A stretch of DNA of 52,149 nt, counting the filler, from Dimargaris cristalligena (Eukaryota): assembly GCA_003614675.1 (NCBI GenBank). It is 3 parts of 3 records of this genome, joined end to end, with 100 filler letters (N's around TTAATTAATTAA, not from the genome) between each part and the next. Parts side by side here need not be neighbours in the genome. Positions count along the whole stretch, not along the records: positions 1 to 17,352 come from ML002808.1; positions 17,453 to 34,792 come from ML002809.1; 1 more part is not named here. The stretch is one strand, 5' to 3'. The notes under the pieces are model-generated. The model did not search any database and had not been told where the DNA came from. It worked only from the letters and a program-made list of their open reading frames with translations. A program made the position numbers and the translations under genes. Positions 11,327 through 23,608 of the stretch are shown here, in pieces (within the stretch, counting starts at the first letter, position 1; every line of letters starts with the position of its first letter).

Positions 11327-13347
11327 GTCGGCGGGGTCTACTTCAAGGGTCAAAATAAATAGGGGAATCGTAGAGGGCGAGTCCCGGGAAGCCGTATTAT
11401 CGGGAATGCCGCAGCTGTGGAAAACATTCGCCGGGGTAACCAGGGGGGGGTTGAATTCGGAATGAGCTACGGAGACGGGGAAGAGAGAAAAGGCTAGGTC
11501 AAAGGGCCACATGGGTGACCAACTTAGTTTTTGACATGAGGTCCATCCGACAGCGTAGCGGAGTGCAACTTTATGGGAAATCTCGAAAATGGTTTTTGAG
11601 TGGGCCATTTCCAAGGCGTAAGCCTAACAGGGTGGAGTGTGAATTGTGGGCCAATCCGGTACAAGCCGGAGTATTAGACCAGGTTTACATGATTGGCGCT
11701 GCATGAAGCCATGGGTTAGATTGTAGAGTATAATTGCTGGTATAGTTTTTGGTAAGTCGGCCTTTAAAGGGTTACAAGGGCTGAATTCGAGGGCACTGTT
11801 GTCAATTGCTGGTATTAAACGTGGGTATAACCCCACGATAATAAATATTATCGAATTGTTCCGAAAACCCGGCGAAAATGGCAATGCCGTGCTTAATAGT
11901 CGAAGGGATTGAGGTCGCCCCATTTTTGGATTCTAGGTACTAGCATTGCCTACGTTCATCAATAGGGCGCGGCAATTCAATCACCAAAAGAATTACCTCC
12001 CTTCGACCATTCCCGCCTCCCTATTCACATCCTCGATACTTTTTATTTGCTATCATGTCTTGATATGCTATATATAGTACTTCTACTAGTAGCGTTTTCC
12101 AGTATATTATTGTTGATTTCATGTTTTTACCCTTAACCTGCCTGGCTAAATGGGCCGAACCCACCCCTATAATTACCCAGCGGTAAATCAGTAAAATCAA
12201 TACCCCTTTTACAAGTTGAATTTTCCCTATACTTGAGACCTGACATTATAATAGACCCGTCGGGATATATTTTCAATAAAATATACTCAAACCAAATCAA
12301 CTTAACCATTGGCGGTAAATGATTTGCATCGCCAATAATTAACCATGCCTCATACGTACATAGCCTGTGGGGCTGTGGGGGCTCGGGAGGGACAAGGGCA
12401 CGGAGGACAGAAGGTTTTCCTGCCACCAGGGGTATTGGGTTATAAGATTTAGACAATAGATATATTCGGAAGACACTAAAACACTAGTAAAGCTCGAAAA
12501 ACATTGATATTCGGATAGAATTTCGATGATTCTAACGACTCTGATCACTCTGGAAAGTCAGCTGAAACTCTGGGAAATACTCTGAAAATACTAGAAAGGA
12601 TACTCGAAGCAGGAACTCGTTTTCCTGGAGACACTCATATAAATTTGGTCTGATTTATTAATGGGTTGGGAATGCTGGCGCTATTTATACAACGCCAGCG
12701 AGTTTAGAGCAAATAGCGAATTAGAGCAAATTAGCAATGGAGACCAGGTGTTGGATATGGCAGATTCGATGACGAATTACCGCAGTGCTAAGACTAATTA
12801 AACGGACGGAACCATCGGGGTTCTAACGTCAATTTGGAAGACGAATAGCCGGGACAGACCAGTAGTGACTAGGGCAGACCCATGTCTAATCCAGTTAGAC
12901 ATGCACGCTGCAAACCGTGACTGAGTTTCCAAGTAAAAATTGAAGTCAAGATGGTAAATACATTTCAATGTCATGTCGGAATCTGCCACATATGTCGAGG
13001 GAAAACATAAAATATATTGTGTGAACAAATACAAGTAGTACTTAAACATCATAGGTTTTGTTAGGTAATGGTTTCTACTATCGTTTAAAATGTTTACCCA
13101 AGCTATTGGAGCCGATCTTGAATTTATAAATTACTATAAATCGGGCATTACCGCCACTACCCCCAATCCAAATATGAATGCTAAATTTATTGGTGAACCC
13201 AGAGTTTTTAGAGTCACAGACTCGAAAACATAATTAAAATGTTAACTAAAAATCATACGACCTCCCAAAAAGGTCAAGACTGGCAGACTATGGTGTAAGG
13301 ACTTTCATATATGTGGAAGCATAGGAGTTTGTTCAACCGAGAAAATT

Positions 13348-14256
13348 TTAGTAGTGGTTGTAGTTACTGCTACTACCGCCATTGCCACCGTTGCCACCAT
13401 TCCCGCCGCTGCCACCGGATCCACTACCGTAGCTATTTCCACCGTCACCACCATTACCCCCGTTACCAGCATTTCCGCCGTAGTTGCCTGATCCGGCGTT
13501 GCCGCCATCCCCACCGTTACCGCCATTACCACCGGATCCACTACCGTAACTGTTTCCACCATTGCCGCCGTCGCCGCCATTCCCAGCGCTTCCGCCGGAG
13601 CTGTACGAGTTACCACGACCGAAGCTGTAGTTGGAATTATCGCGATTGCGATAACGACCATTGTTGTTGAATCCGGAGTAGCGGTAGTCGTCGAAATCGA
13701 CGTAAGGAGTGCGACGGCTTACACTCCCACCGTCGCCGCCGTTGCCACCATTGCCCGCGTCACCTCCACCAAAACTATCACCCCCGTTGCCGCCATTACC
13801 ACCATTACCGGCGCTACCACCCTGCCAGTTCATGAGATTTTCGTAACCGTATCCACGGCCGGGGCGGTAATGATCATCGTCGTAGTTAGTGCTCCAGGGG
13901 CGGCTGTTTTGGTATCCGCGGTTGGATTGGTAGCGATAGTCGTCAAAGTCGACGTAGGGACTACGGCTACTGACACTACCACCATCGCCACCGTTACCGC
14001 CATTTCCTCCATCACCTCCCGATCCGCGGCCATTGCTATCACCGCCATCCCCACCGTTGCCACCATTGCCTCCGTTACCGCCACTTCCACTGGGCAGGCG
14101 GTTGGAGTTGGATCCGTGGTTGTGGTGTTGATTGCCTTGGCGGTGATACTGCTCGGAAACGAAGCGAGGGGTTAGTTCGGGCGTTGCGGCAGCCTGGGTT
14201 TGGGTAGTAGCCAGGATGGTGGCGAGAAGAGCGACGATTCCAACGGTGACCTTCAT
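13348..14256 (-). CDS. Secreted glycine-rich GGX-repeat modular protein, 302 aa
   Basis: Signal peptide MKVTVGIVALLATILATTQTQA; three GG(N/D) repeat blocks; duplicated SVS(S/R)R(S/T)PYVDFDDYRY motif; TA run at 14583-14592 upstream. Confidence 0.85.
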   Translation of the reverse strand: MKVTVGIVALLATILATTQTQAAATPELTPRFVSEQYHRQGNQHHNHGSNSNRLPSGSGGNGGNGGNGGDGGDSNGRGSGGDGGNGGNGGDGGSVSSRSPYVDFDDYRYQSNRGYQNSRPWSTNYDDDHYRPGRGYGYENLMNWQGGSAGNGGNGGNGGDSFGGGDAGNGGNGGDGGSVSRRTPYVDFDDYRYSGFNNNGRYRNRDNSNYSFGRGNSYSSGGSAGNGGDGGNGGNSYGSGSGGNGGNGGDGGNAGSGNYGGNAGNGGNGGDGGNSYGSGSGGSGGNGGNGGNGGSSSNYNHY

Positions 14257-16182
14257 GTTGACAAGTTGATATTGGGATACGGGCGCGATTGATAAAGCGG
14301 AAGAGAAAGGGGAAAAAGTTGAGTGGTATATAGTAGAAGATCAAGCGAAGCGTGGATATAAAATTACTAATATTGTTCGGGGACCGTCAAGGACCTTGTA
14401 AAGCGTAAACTCGGGGGAGTGAGTTAAACTGATGGAATGGAGCTAACGTAGCAATTTTCTCAGAAAAATGCTTAGAGTGAAGTGGGAGAAAGAGAGAGAG
14501 AGAGGGGGGGATGAGAGAGATCATACAAAGATTGCGTGTTGAACAAGTGGTTTACTTTTCAAAAGGACGTTGGTGGGCCAAGTATATATATAGCAAACCT
14601 GGGTTGTAATGACGATACCATGACCAATTAACCTTCTATCGTTATGAAGTAGGCAATCCAATATAGAGAGGCCCAGATCTAAGACCCCACCACATAAAGA
14701 AGCAGCTTTGCAAAAATATTCAACTCCGCCACATTTACTGAGCCCATAGCCCATCAAAAACCGCCGGATTCGACGCTGCGATGCACAAGTTACTTCTGGG
14801 TCTCTCCACTCGGAACGCTAAACAGTTACATTCAGTTGTATGTAAGCCTTTATCCATTTTCGTCAATAATAATAGTAAAAAACTCGATAATCTAAAGAAT
14901 TAGGCACGTACGGGAGTGATTGACTATCACTAGTTAATGCATCCAGCTGCCGATGCCAAGCGGGAGTTGCCCACCGAGAGTGTACCTGAGCTATTTTACA
15001 ATGTATGAGCGGGTTTGCGGAAACTTTTGACCTGCCCTTTATTATTATCGTACTGCTCAAGCATTTCAGCTGCAGCAAAGTGCAAGCCAGGTTTCCGATT
15101 ACCCTGGTTGGTTGTATAGTCGGCCGCCTTCTAGGTAAATAACCTATACTAAGTGTGAGAAGGCCAGTTCCGCATATTCGGTACAGTCCAACTTACAGAT
15201 CAACTGTGACAACCAGATCCACCACCACCAAAATACTACTAAACGGAAATATTCATGCATACGTTGCTCGGGATCCAACTGAAGCCGTTAACAGTCTAGA
15301 GTGGACCAGTCTCTGTGTCTGTCACTAGGATATTTTGAACGAAGTGGAAAAGGTTAGATTTGAAACTACTTATTAAAGAAACGGGGAGGAACAGGGGGGG
15401 TGGTGGAACTTGAAAATCCCTATAACATTGCAACGCCGGATTTGGACTAGCCAGTCCCGCTGTAATAAACCCAAGTGTATCACACAGATTATATATTTTT
15501 AAAGTAGGTTTATATACTCAGTACGCCTTTGGAATTTGGAAGACAAATACAGATAGGTGCTCAATTTATGACCGCAAGAAAACCCCTGTACCGTTAATAA
15601 TTGGGTCATCAATCAACGAAGCCCAGGTGATGGCAACATCTTTCTATCCCATCACCTCCTTTCGTGGTCAGGGGTGTAGTCGGGAGTAGGAGTATTGCCT
15701 TCCAAACCCATGCCCATTTTGGTAAAAACAACGGCAGTCGGATTATTTTTGCTTCCACGTCCGTTTCAAAATAGTAAGAAACTGGGATTCAGATGGGTTC
15801 ATCAAGTCGTATACGGCGGATTATTATTTACCTTCACGTAACAAGAACTGTGTGGGCCTTAGATATACCCGGTATGTTCTCCCAGCCAAACCATGTCCAG
15901 CAAATCCAAATACCAATAGACGAGGCTATGGATTGGGGGATGTATAACTAACAACCGGGGTTCATACACCATTCCACCTGACTAAAAATCCTGATGCTCG
16001 CCAAAATGTCCAAACGAGGCATAGCTACTATAACCTACACTATTAAGACCCGGTGGTTGCTATTTTTAGAGACCGTCGGATAAATCTAATATTAACCAAT
16101 ACAAACGAGAGTTTATTGTTACAATACAGATCTAAACACATTAAAGAAAAATAAAAAAACAGCGGTGATTTCGGCCAGTTAG

Positions 16183-17136
16183 TTAACTGGAAGCACCAAG
16201 TGCTTCATTGGTTAACACAGGTTTGGGAGCATGCATCAGTAGCCACCGCTTGGCCGACACCAGATCAGACCCAGCCGAAATGACCGCTTTGGCGAGCCAC
16301 TCGATGGGATACCCAGTCAGCGATTGGTCAGAAGAGCGAGGCTGGACTTCAGCCGCAAGCGCATTTACCAGGAGAACCTGTCTGGTCGTAGTCTCGTCCA
16401 CACACAGTTGCAGAGGGCCGTCCCGAGCGCATAAGGACTGCTTTCCTCCTTCCCCTGGTCGGTTCCGAGCGGGGGCCAGGGCAGGCCCTCCTCTGTGGAG
16501 CAATTGGACCACCTGTTCCACATTGGGTCGGATTCGAACTGCCGCCGTAGTGGGGTCCATGGGGCCGGAGTTAGTGCCCGTAGCACACATTGGATTTTGG
16601 CACCAGCTGTTGCCGCAGCCATGGGTAAGTTGGCGATGGAGCGCCTCCGCCACCCGCTGGATCAGTTTACGGTGATCGGGGTCGTGGGCGGACGACCAAA
16701 AGGGGCCGAAGCATAGTGCACACAAATCGAGGAGATTGGCACTGGCACCCAGGGCCCGGGGCCGCAGGCAGTTGGGATTGGCGCAGAGCTGGAGTGGCAG
16801 AGGTTGGTTCTGGCGCTGAATATGGTGCCACCGCATGTGGGTGGCCACTTCCTTAAGCTTGACATTTTTCTGGCACTGGGTACACGGGATGGTGCGATTG
16901 CCACAGTAGGACTCGTGCTCATGGAGGCCACTTAGTTTATCGCGCAAGTCTTCGGATGGGGGGCCCTGAGGGGTAAGCGTGTGGCAATAGCGACAGATAA
17001 TCATGCGGAGGGGGCACACCGTACATCTGTGATGGGCCAGTTCCGGGATGGATGTTCCTTCGTAGCCACAGGGACAGGTCTGAAGTTCATGATGGAAAAA
17101 TAGATGCTTGGCTCTCTGAAACGGCGTATCGCCGGA
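16183..17136 (-). CDS. 3' exon of a multi-zinc-finger protein with AZUL (UBE3A N-terminal-type) Zn domain; fungal UFD1-like family; 5' incomplete
   Basis: CRYCH...HESYCGNRTIPCTQC...H, CANPNC, LCALCFGP, QLTHGCGNSWCQNPMC. Frame stays open up to 17136, preceded by an acceptor TAG (17139-17137) and a TACTAAC branch point (17188-17182). The upstream part runs toward the contig end. Confidence 0.7.
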   Translation of the reverse strand, partial: SGDTPFQRAKHLFFHHELQTCPCGYEGTSIPELAHHRCTVCPLRMIICRYCHTLTPQGPPSEDLRDKLSGLHEHESYCGNRTIPCTQCQKNVKLKEVATHMRWHHIQRQNQPLPLQLCANPNCLRPRALGASANLLDLCALCFGPFWSSAHDPDHRKLIQRVAEALHRQLTHGCGNSWCQNPMCATGTNSGPMDPTTAAVRIRPNVEQVVQLLHRGGPALAPARNRPGEGGKQSLCARDGPLQLCVDETTTRQVLLVNALAAEVQPRSSDQSLTGYPIEWLAKAVISAGSDLVSAKRWLLMHAPKPVLTNEALGASS

Positions 17137-17352
17137 CTAGGTATGGACAATTAATGATGGTTTGGCATGACGTAATAATAAGTTAGTATACATGGGTTGG
17201 TTAGATGACGATAGGTACCCGAACATGAATACAGACGGGGGAATGCCTCCAGCAAACCGGTGGTGAGCTTGTGTGAGTACGCAATCAAGACAATATGGGA
17301 GAAGTTCATCCAAGCTGTATAACGAAAAATCCATTAGATTCGGCCAATATTA

Positions 17353-17452
17353 NNNNNNNNNNNNNNNNNNNNNNNNNNNNNNNNNNNNNNNNNNNNTTAA
17401 TTAATTAANNNNNNNNNNNNNNNNNNNNNNNNNNNNNNNNNNNNNNNNNNNN
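17353..17452. other. Artificial contig-joining spacer
   Basis: 44 N + TTAATTAATTAA (stops in all six frames) + 44 N = 100 bp. Confidence 0.95.
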
Positions 17453-18853
17453 TATATTTCGTTTATCACTTTCTGTTTTCATCCATCTCTTTATATATCA
17501 TTAGTGCAGCGTATTTACCTTTTATCTGAAGTATACAATAGCAGAACCAGCGTAGATAGAATCATCTATTATATTTACTGCCCAATATTTTCGGGGTATA
17601 AATACCCCTTCAAATCGCAACCTGAATAAAACATCTTCATTTTGGACTCTTTTCCTTGGTATAGAATTGTATCGGCTTATAGCCTGCAGTTCTTTGACTA
17701 TTTCAGATTATTGATTATTATTAACTAGTGTTTAGGCAATTTTCGCTATTTCTATAGCCGTCGGGACTTATTATTATTCCGCTTTATTAAGTTTTTCCCA
17801 TCGCTGCACAACAGGCCACAACTGAAAATGGTTCGTAAAAAATAATTGTCATTGACAAAAAGTCACGTGATTTAATGAAACAGAATTCGGTATTAAATTT
17901 AGATGTTGCCGCTATGCTCTTTATCTTCCCCCAGTGAACCTTTTTAGCGATACCCGAAGACTATGGTTGAGTTTTGGACTTTTAACCAACGAGACACTTA
18001 ATATATGGCGGAGATTCAAGACGACCGCTCAATGTATAGTACACTTGGTTAGATAGGGTTCGCTGGTTGAAACCATTTCGTTAATTTCAATGCTTACTAA
18101 CTCGGCTATCGCACCATTTGCTTCGCGTATTTTAATTACCGTTACTCTATTGATTTGGCTGCAATTCAGACAGTAGGACCGGTGTGCTGATAAAATGGCA
18201 TTCCTCCAGCTATACAGTGCTAATTCATACATGCCAGATTTACTTTAATCAACAAATATTGCCGCACATTACTTTGCAACGAAAATATAAGAGGAGGCAA
18301 TAAAGATAATATCAAAAACATATACGGGAAGGCGAATGTAGAGGATGGAAGGACAACGTGGGACACCCATAAATTAATTATAACGGATAACTTATCATTA
18401 AAAATAAAATGGTAATCGTAGGGCCTTGCAAATACGAATAACTCTCGGAAGTGACAATGTCCAAGAGGCAAAGGCAAATAATAATGCACCAAAAAAAGGG
18501 GGGGAAGGGATAATTATATCCATAGTGGGAATTACGGGCGAGACTGGGACACTGATGCTAGCTAATAATAACGTATGCCATGAAATAATAAAACAGAGGT
18601 CAATAAAGGATGAGTGGGCCGAAAGAATAGAGCGATGGATTTGTGGATATATAAAAAGAAAGAAAAGGGCGTTGGGCAAAGAGAATAAATACCATTAAGG
18701 CCTAAACAACATTTAACTAATTATTATACCGGACAGACTACAGTATTCAATATTGAAAACCTCCTTCAAAGCATAAATACTCTTCAAATGTGAAAACAGC
18801 TGTTGTACCGAAAAGTAATGCGAATGGGACTGCTATTATATATAGTGAGGATA

Positions 18854-21800
18854 TTAGGATTCCAAATCCACCGGGTCCTCCTGCAGTAGTTTAACCTTAA
18901 GTTCTTCACCGGAGATATCCTCCAGTAGGGCCCCGGCCCAGATATTCGAAGTATGCGCCGCCGATCCCATCAGATGTTGCCAGCTTGACGAGCGTTTCCG
19001 GTGGGTCCGCCGCGGGAATGAATTATGGGATTCGCCGCTTGATGGCCCAAATGATTCACCCGACGTGGCCGTTGAAGCACTCTTGGGGTTATGCATGGTG
19101 GCTGACTCTGGTTGGAAACCCTGGGTCGGTGTGGGTGTAGTGTCATTCGAGTCAGGTTTGGTCCCGGAAATGTTTAAATGCCGTGACAGGAAGTTCAATG
19201 GGTTGTTCAAGGGGGAGGTGACTGAGGTGGCAGCGGAGCCCCAGCCCGAACTGGTTTTCGGACCACGGTTGAAGGGGACGGGGTTGGAAAGACTACGCTG
19301 CACCCGATTGATCATCGATGCCACGGTTGGCTCATTAGTAGACTGGAGAGATTCGGCATCATTATCATCGTCATGGGCTTCCAGTGATGCATGGTAGTCG
19401 GTTCTGGACTGCGTGCCCGATGCGGAAGACTTATCCGAACCCCCCGACCGAGACTCCAAAGACGAGGGCGAGTTCTTAGCATCCTCGCTCGCAACCACAC
19501 TGCCCGGTGATTCGGTGGCAGATGCTGATTCAGATGATAAGGTGCCAGTGGTTAGGTACTCGTCGCTGATATCTGATAAATCACTCTCATCTTCAGAGCC
19601 CGATTGTAACCCGGGCGAGGCAATCAATGCACTCATGACCTCTTTGGATTTCTTAAGCACACGGCCCTCTTCTTCGCGAATGGCACGATTTTGCTGCTCA
19701 AAGCGAGGGCTATTCAGTGGGACTCCTCCCCCAACCGCTTCCGGTTTCTGCTGCTGTGAATGATTAACTGTCAAAGTGGGTGACATAATAGCGTGGAACT
19801 GCAGTACCTTGGAGGATCCTAGACCGGTACCCTTATTATCGTGGGACAGTACAACGGGACTGACCCGAATTTCACCCGCCGTGTGATCCATACCACCGAT
19901 GTGTTCTTCGGAGGTGGCCATATAGCCGTCCGCAGTCGCATCAGCTGTGGGCAGCAAGGAGTGTGGAGAGTTCGAGGACTCGGCAAAGGATGAGGCCAAG
20001 AGATCTTTAAGGTCAACGGTATGGACCGCCACTTCACTTTCGTCGCTTTCCGTCGATAGCTGGGTGCCAGTCGATTCAGTAGACGACGATGACATCCCAG
20101 ACAGGGTACGGTGTGGTGGGGTAGGCGGAATGGACATCAGCTCCTCGGTGGAGCTCAGAGTATCCGCGCTAGCCATCGCACCATTCGAAGGAGTGGGGTT
20201 CTGATCGTCATTGACGGGCAAAGTCTCCTCTGGCAATTTGGAATCAACGGACAAAGCGGCCATTTCCTGATTGGGCATTTCGGGTGGGGTAAGGGCCCGC
20301 AGCTCGGGCGAGGTGTGCTCAGAGGCAGTCATGGATGATGGTAATGTCGCAGGTGTCGGGGTCGGTGTGTCGTTAGGACTGGCTTGGCGTTGCTGTTGTT
20401 GTCCCGTCGAGGAACGGGTACGCGAGAGTGCAGACCCAGATGCCGCGCTTGACGATACCGATGGGGCCGAACGCGCTGATGAGGATGAAGCTTGGGGCGA
20501 TATAGGTTTTGCAGGCCGCTCCACCTGCTGGCGTTCCATATTTTGCACACACACACTCAAAATATCCTGGGACAGTTTAGACATGATGCCGTTGTTGGGT
20601 GCAATCGTAACCTCGAGGCACACAAGGCTCTGGTTCATTTTAACCGATGCGGCCAACGCCATCACCCCGGCCAAGTCGATTCCGGGATTATGGGACAAAT
20701 TGAGGTGGGCGAGGTGACGGATCTCAAACAGAAGCTCAGCGATGACAATGGCGCCTTCATCCATAAGTCCCGTTTCTTCCACGAAAAGTGCCCGCAGGTC
20801 ATGGTTGACGGTAAGCGAGCGGGCCAGGGCCTTGATACCTTTCAGTTGCGGACCGCAGATGGGATTGTGGCTGAGATCTAGCGAACGCAGGCCTTGATTA
20901 TATGACAGATAGGGGGTAAAGCCGGCCAGAATTAAGGGGTCGAGTTTGTTATTGCGTAGGGCTAGGGACTCCAGGGTGTTGGGGTGGAATTGGAGCAAGC
21001 GGCCGATTTCGCAAACCCCGGCTTTGAGCTCATTGTCACTAAGATCGAGGCTAATTAAACTGGTGGACGGGAGTTGGGGACCATTCATCATGGAATTGGC
21101 GGACCCCGGCGGGGATCCAAAGTAGTCGGTTTGGCCGGAAGGGGAAGGGAGGGGCATTCCCCCGACCATATTAGCCGTAGAGTACTGGGGCTGGAGTGGG
21201 GTGAACAGGTGTGGTGGAGTGGAGTGTGCCGGTCCTGATTTGTTACCATTGATACTGGAGCCGCTGCCGGTTCCACTCCCCGATCCCCGCTGGGTGCCGT
21301 TGGACGTGTAATCGTAGGACTGGGCAATATCGTTGGGACTATCCAACACGGACGCCGAGCTGCGTTTTTCGGTGCGCTGCCGGGAGAGTGCGCCAATAAA
21401 TGGCCGGGGCTGAAGTAAGGGCGCGGCCCAGGTGGTGACCGAAAATGCCGGGATGCGGTTCAGGCGTAGGGACAGATGTCGGACTTGCGAAAAATGGATA
21501 GCTAAGGCCAGCTGTTCTAAGTGGGCGGGTTTCAGCCCACAATTGTCCAACCGAAGGATTAGTAGGGAACAATGACGTAAGAATTGGGGCGGCGGGGGGG
21601 CGCCACCGGGATGGTCAGAAGGCCCAGGACAGGATGGGAAAGATTCAGTGGAAGACGAGACAGCAGAGCCACCGGACTGCATTGGAAGGGGGCCTTTCCA
21701 CACGCGGGGCACCAGAACCGAGCACAAGTAGCGCACCATCTTCTTATCCATCGCGATTCCGGACAGATTTAGCGATTTAAGCCGTTTGGATTCCTTAATG

Positions 21801-23608
21801 TAAGTGGCCAAGTAACCCATACCCTCGGCCTTAATCCGCTTATTACGGGCCAGGCTCAGATGTTCGAGTTGATCGGCGTAAATCAGACTGTGCATAAGAA
21901 TACGGAGACTTGAATCGTCCAGGGCGCAATTGTCCAATTCGAGGCGCCGAAGACCGAAACTGAGGTCCAACATTTCGGCAATGGGTGTTATGGACTGTCG
22001 GGTTAGAATTTCGCCGGTGAGGCTCAGTGAGCTGAGGGACTGTCCCCGGGAGATACGATTTAGCAGAATGGTTTCAATGCGCTGTAGGGGGAGCTCATAG
22101 AGGGCCAAACAGCTGCGGCGGTAAGCGTCCAAAACGAGCTCCAGTGGGTAGATGGTGGGCGGGTGGGTTTGCCAAGCCCCAGACATGGACAGTTTGCTTC
22201 GGCGAGACCGCGCTCGTTTTGGCTTGGCAGTTGATCGGCCTTCAGGGAGAGTAATTTAAAGTGCCAATGTAATGAGTGAAAACATCCAATAGGCAATATG
22301 ATATAACAGGTTAGTATTAGACATTAGCGTTGCCAAGACGATTTCTACAATAAGGAGCCGTGTAACGGCCACCTCTAACTATGGTATAAATCAAGCGACT
22401 ATACTGGTACATACGGGGAAATGGACGGGTAATATATAAAAATGTGGTTGATCATTCATTTGCATTTCTTAGCACTTACCATGGACGGATACATCGGCCA
22501 TTGCATCAGGTTGCGGATTAGAACTGCAACGCGGGGGTAATGGTGGCAAAGGCTTATTCGCAGCGGCGATGTCACTGTCTAGCTCCCCGGTTGGTTTCGA
22601 AGAGCTATTCAGTTCAGAGAGGGGGCTGACGTGGACCGCTGGCGATGCCTTATCGGAAGCCTGGGCGGAATTGGTTGATTCGATTGAATTACCATCTTCA
22701 TTCTCCGAGTCGGATAAGATTCGGTCATCGATGCCGTATTCAGTAATAATGGTAGGCAACGAAAAACGGACCCGCCGAATGGTGATGGGATTCATGGTGG
22801 TTTGGGGGTCCAGAAGATCCAGCTTGCGCAAGGCATCGGCCGACGGGGACGAAAGGGGAGGGGTGGCCAATAGGGATGTCCGCGAGAGGTTGAGGGACAG
22901 GCGTCCGGGCAGAGTAGGGGATGGAGCCGGGACTTGGAGAGCAGGTATCTGATTCGGGGCCATCATCATCAGCATTGGGTCCGGAGGCAGCGGGCCGTCT
23001 GTAGATCGGTTGGGTACCGGTGTCCGCCCATTCAAGGCTGAGGTCAGTCGATGAATACCACCGCCCCCGCTAGGCGTGGGGGTTGGCTGTAGTGAATAGC
23101 GTTTATGGGAGGCACTGGAGGTAGATGATGTCTGGGAAGGTACGTTCAGGTGGTGGGACGAATGGGAGGGAGTGGTCTTGGCATGGTTCAATGAATGGTG
23201 GCTGAGGTGGGGATGGTGCTGCCCACTAGCGTGGCTGCCACTGGCACTCTTTAACAATGACGACACGTTGGCCAGGGGTGACCGTTTAAAGCCCAGCTTG
23301 GCAAAAGCCCCTCGAGGGGACGGCGGGGAAACGGGGGTAGGGTTGCCCAGGGAGGGGGTAGCATACTGTTGCTGGGGGTTACCGTGCTGGGCCAGAGTGG
23401 AGCCCAGAATGTCGTTCCATTCGGGCTGGTCCGGGGACTGGGATGAGGTTGAAGGGCCGTGGGAAGCGGGCCCGGCCGAATGGTGGCTGCTGTTGCCGAG
23501 GGGGAGGATTTTAGTTTGGAGGCGTTTCCAAACGGACGGCGAAGTTTGTAGGGTAGGGGCCTTAAGAATGCCCCTCGAGGGCTGATGGGGTTGGTGCGAT
23601 TGAGACAT
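18854..23608 (-). CDS. RNI-like LRR protein with RVxF PP1-docking motif (Mhp1/PPP1R37-like), 2 exons, ~1504 aa
   Basis: Exon 1 23608-22480 (donor GTAAGT), exon 2 22239-18854 (AAG acceptor), in frame. RGILK and RRVRFS motifs; repeated LxxLxLxxNxI LRRs (LEHLSLARNKRI, LISLDLSDNEL, LRSLDLSHNPI); long S/P-rich tails. Confidence 0.75.

Noticed and set aside
11327-11614. N-terminal 96 aa of the 286-aa ORF as part of the TPP1-like protein
   Set aside because: OB-fold similarity begins at MFPRLLRPW (ATG 11326); the upstream frame looks like an incidental open 5' region, though the upstream ATG at 11608 cannot be fully excluded.
12470-12740. Degenerate ACTCTG/GAAA and TTAGAGCAAAT short repeats as an array or element
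   Set aside because: No consistent period, spacer structure or terminal repeats that I can support.
13348-14256. Horizontal transfer of a mycobacterial PE_PGRS gene
   Set aside because: No PE domain, a eukaryotic signal peptide is present, and GGX similarity is low-complexity convergence.
17137-17352. Chimeric junction at the CTAG interrupting the zinc-finger ORF
   Set aside because: Better explained as an intron 3' end (TACTAAC branch point plus TAG acceptor).
19065-23585. Numerous plus-strand ORFs over the LRR gene, and similar short ORFs overlapping other genes
   Set aside because: Antisense or alternate-frame shadows of GC-rich coding sequence.
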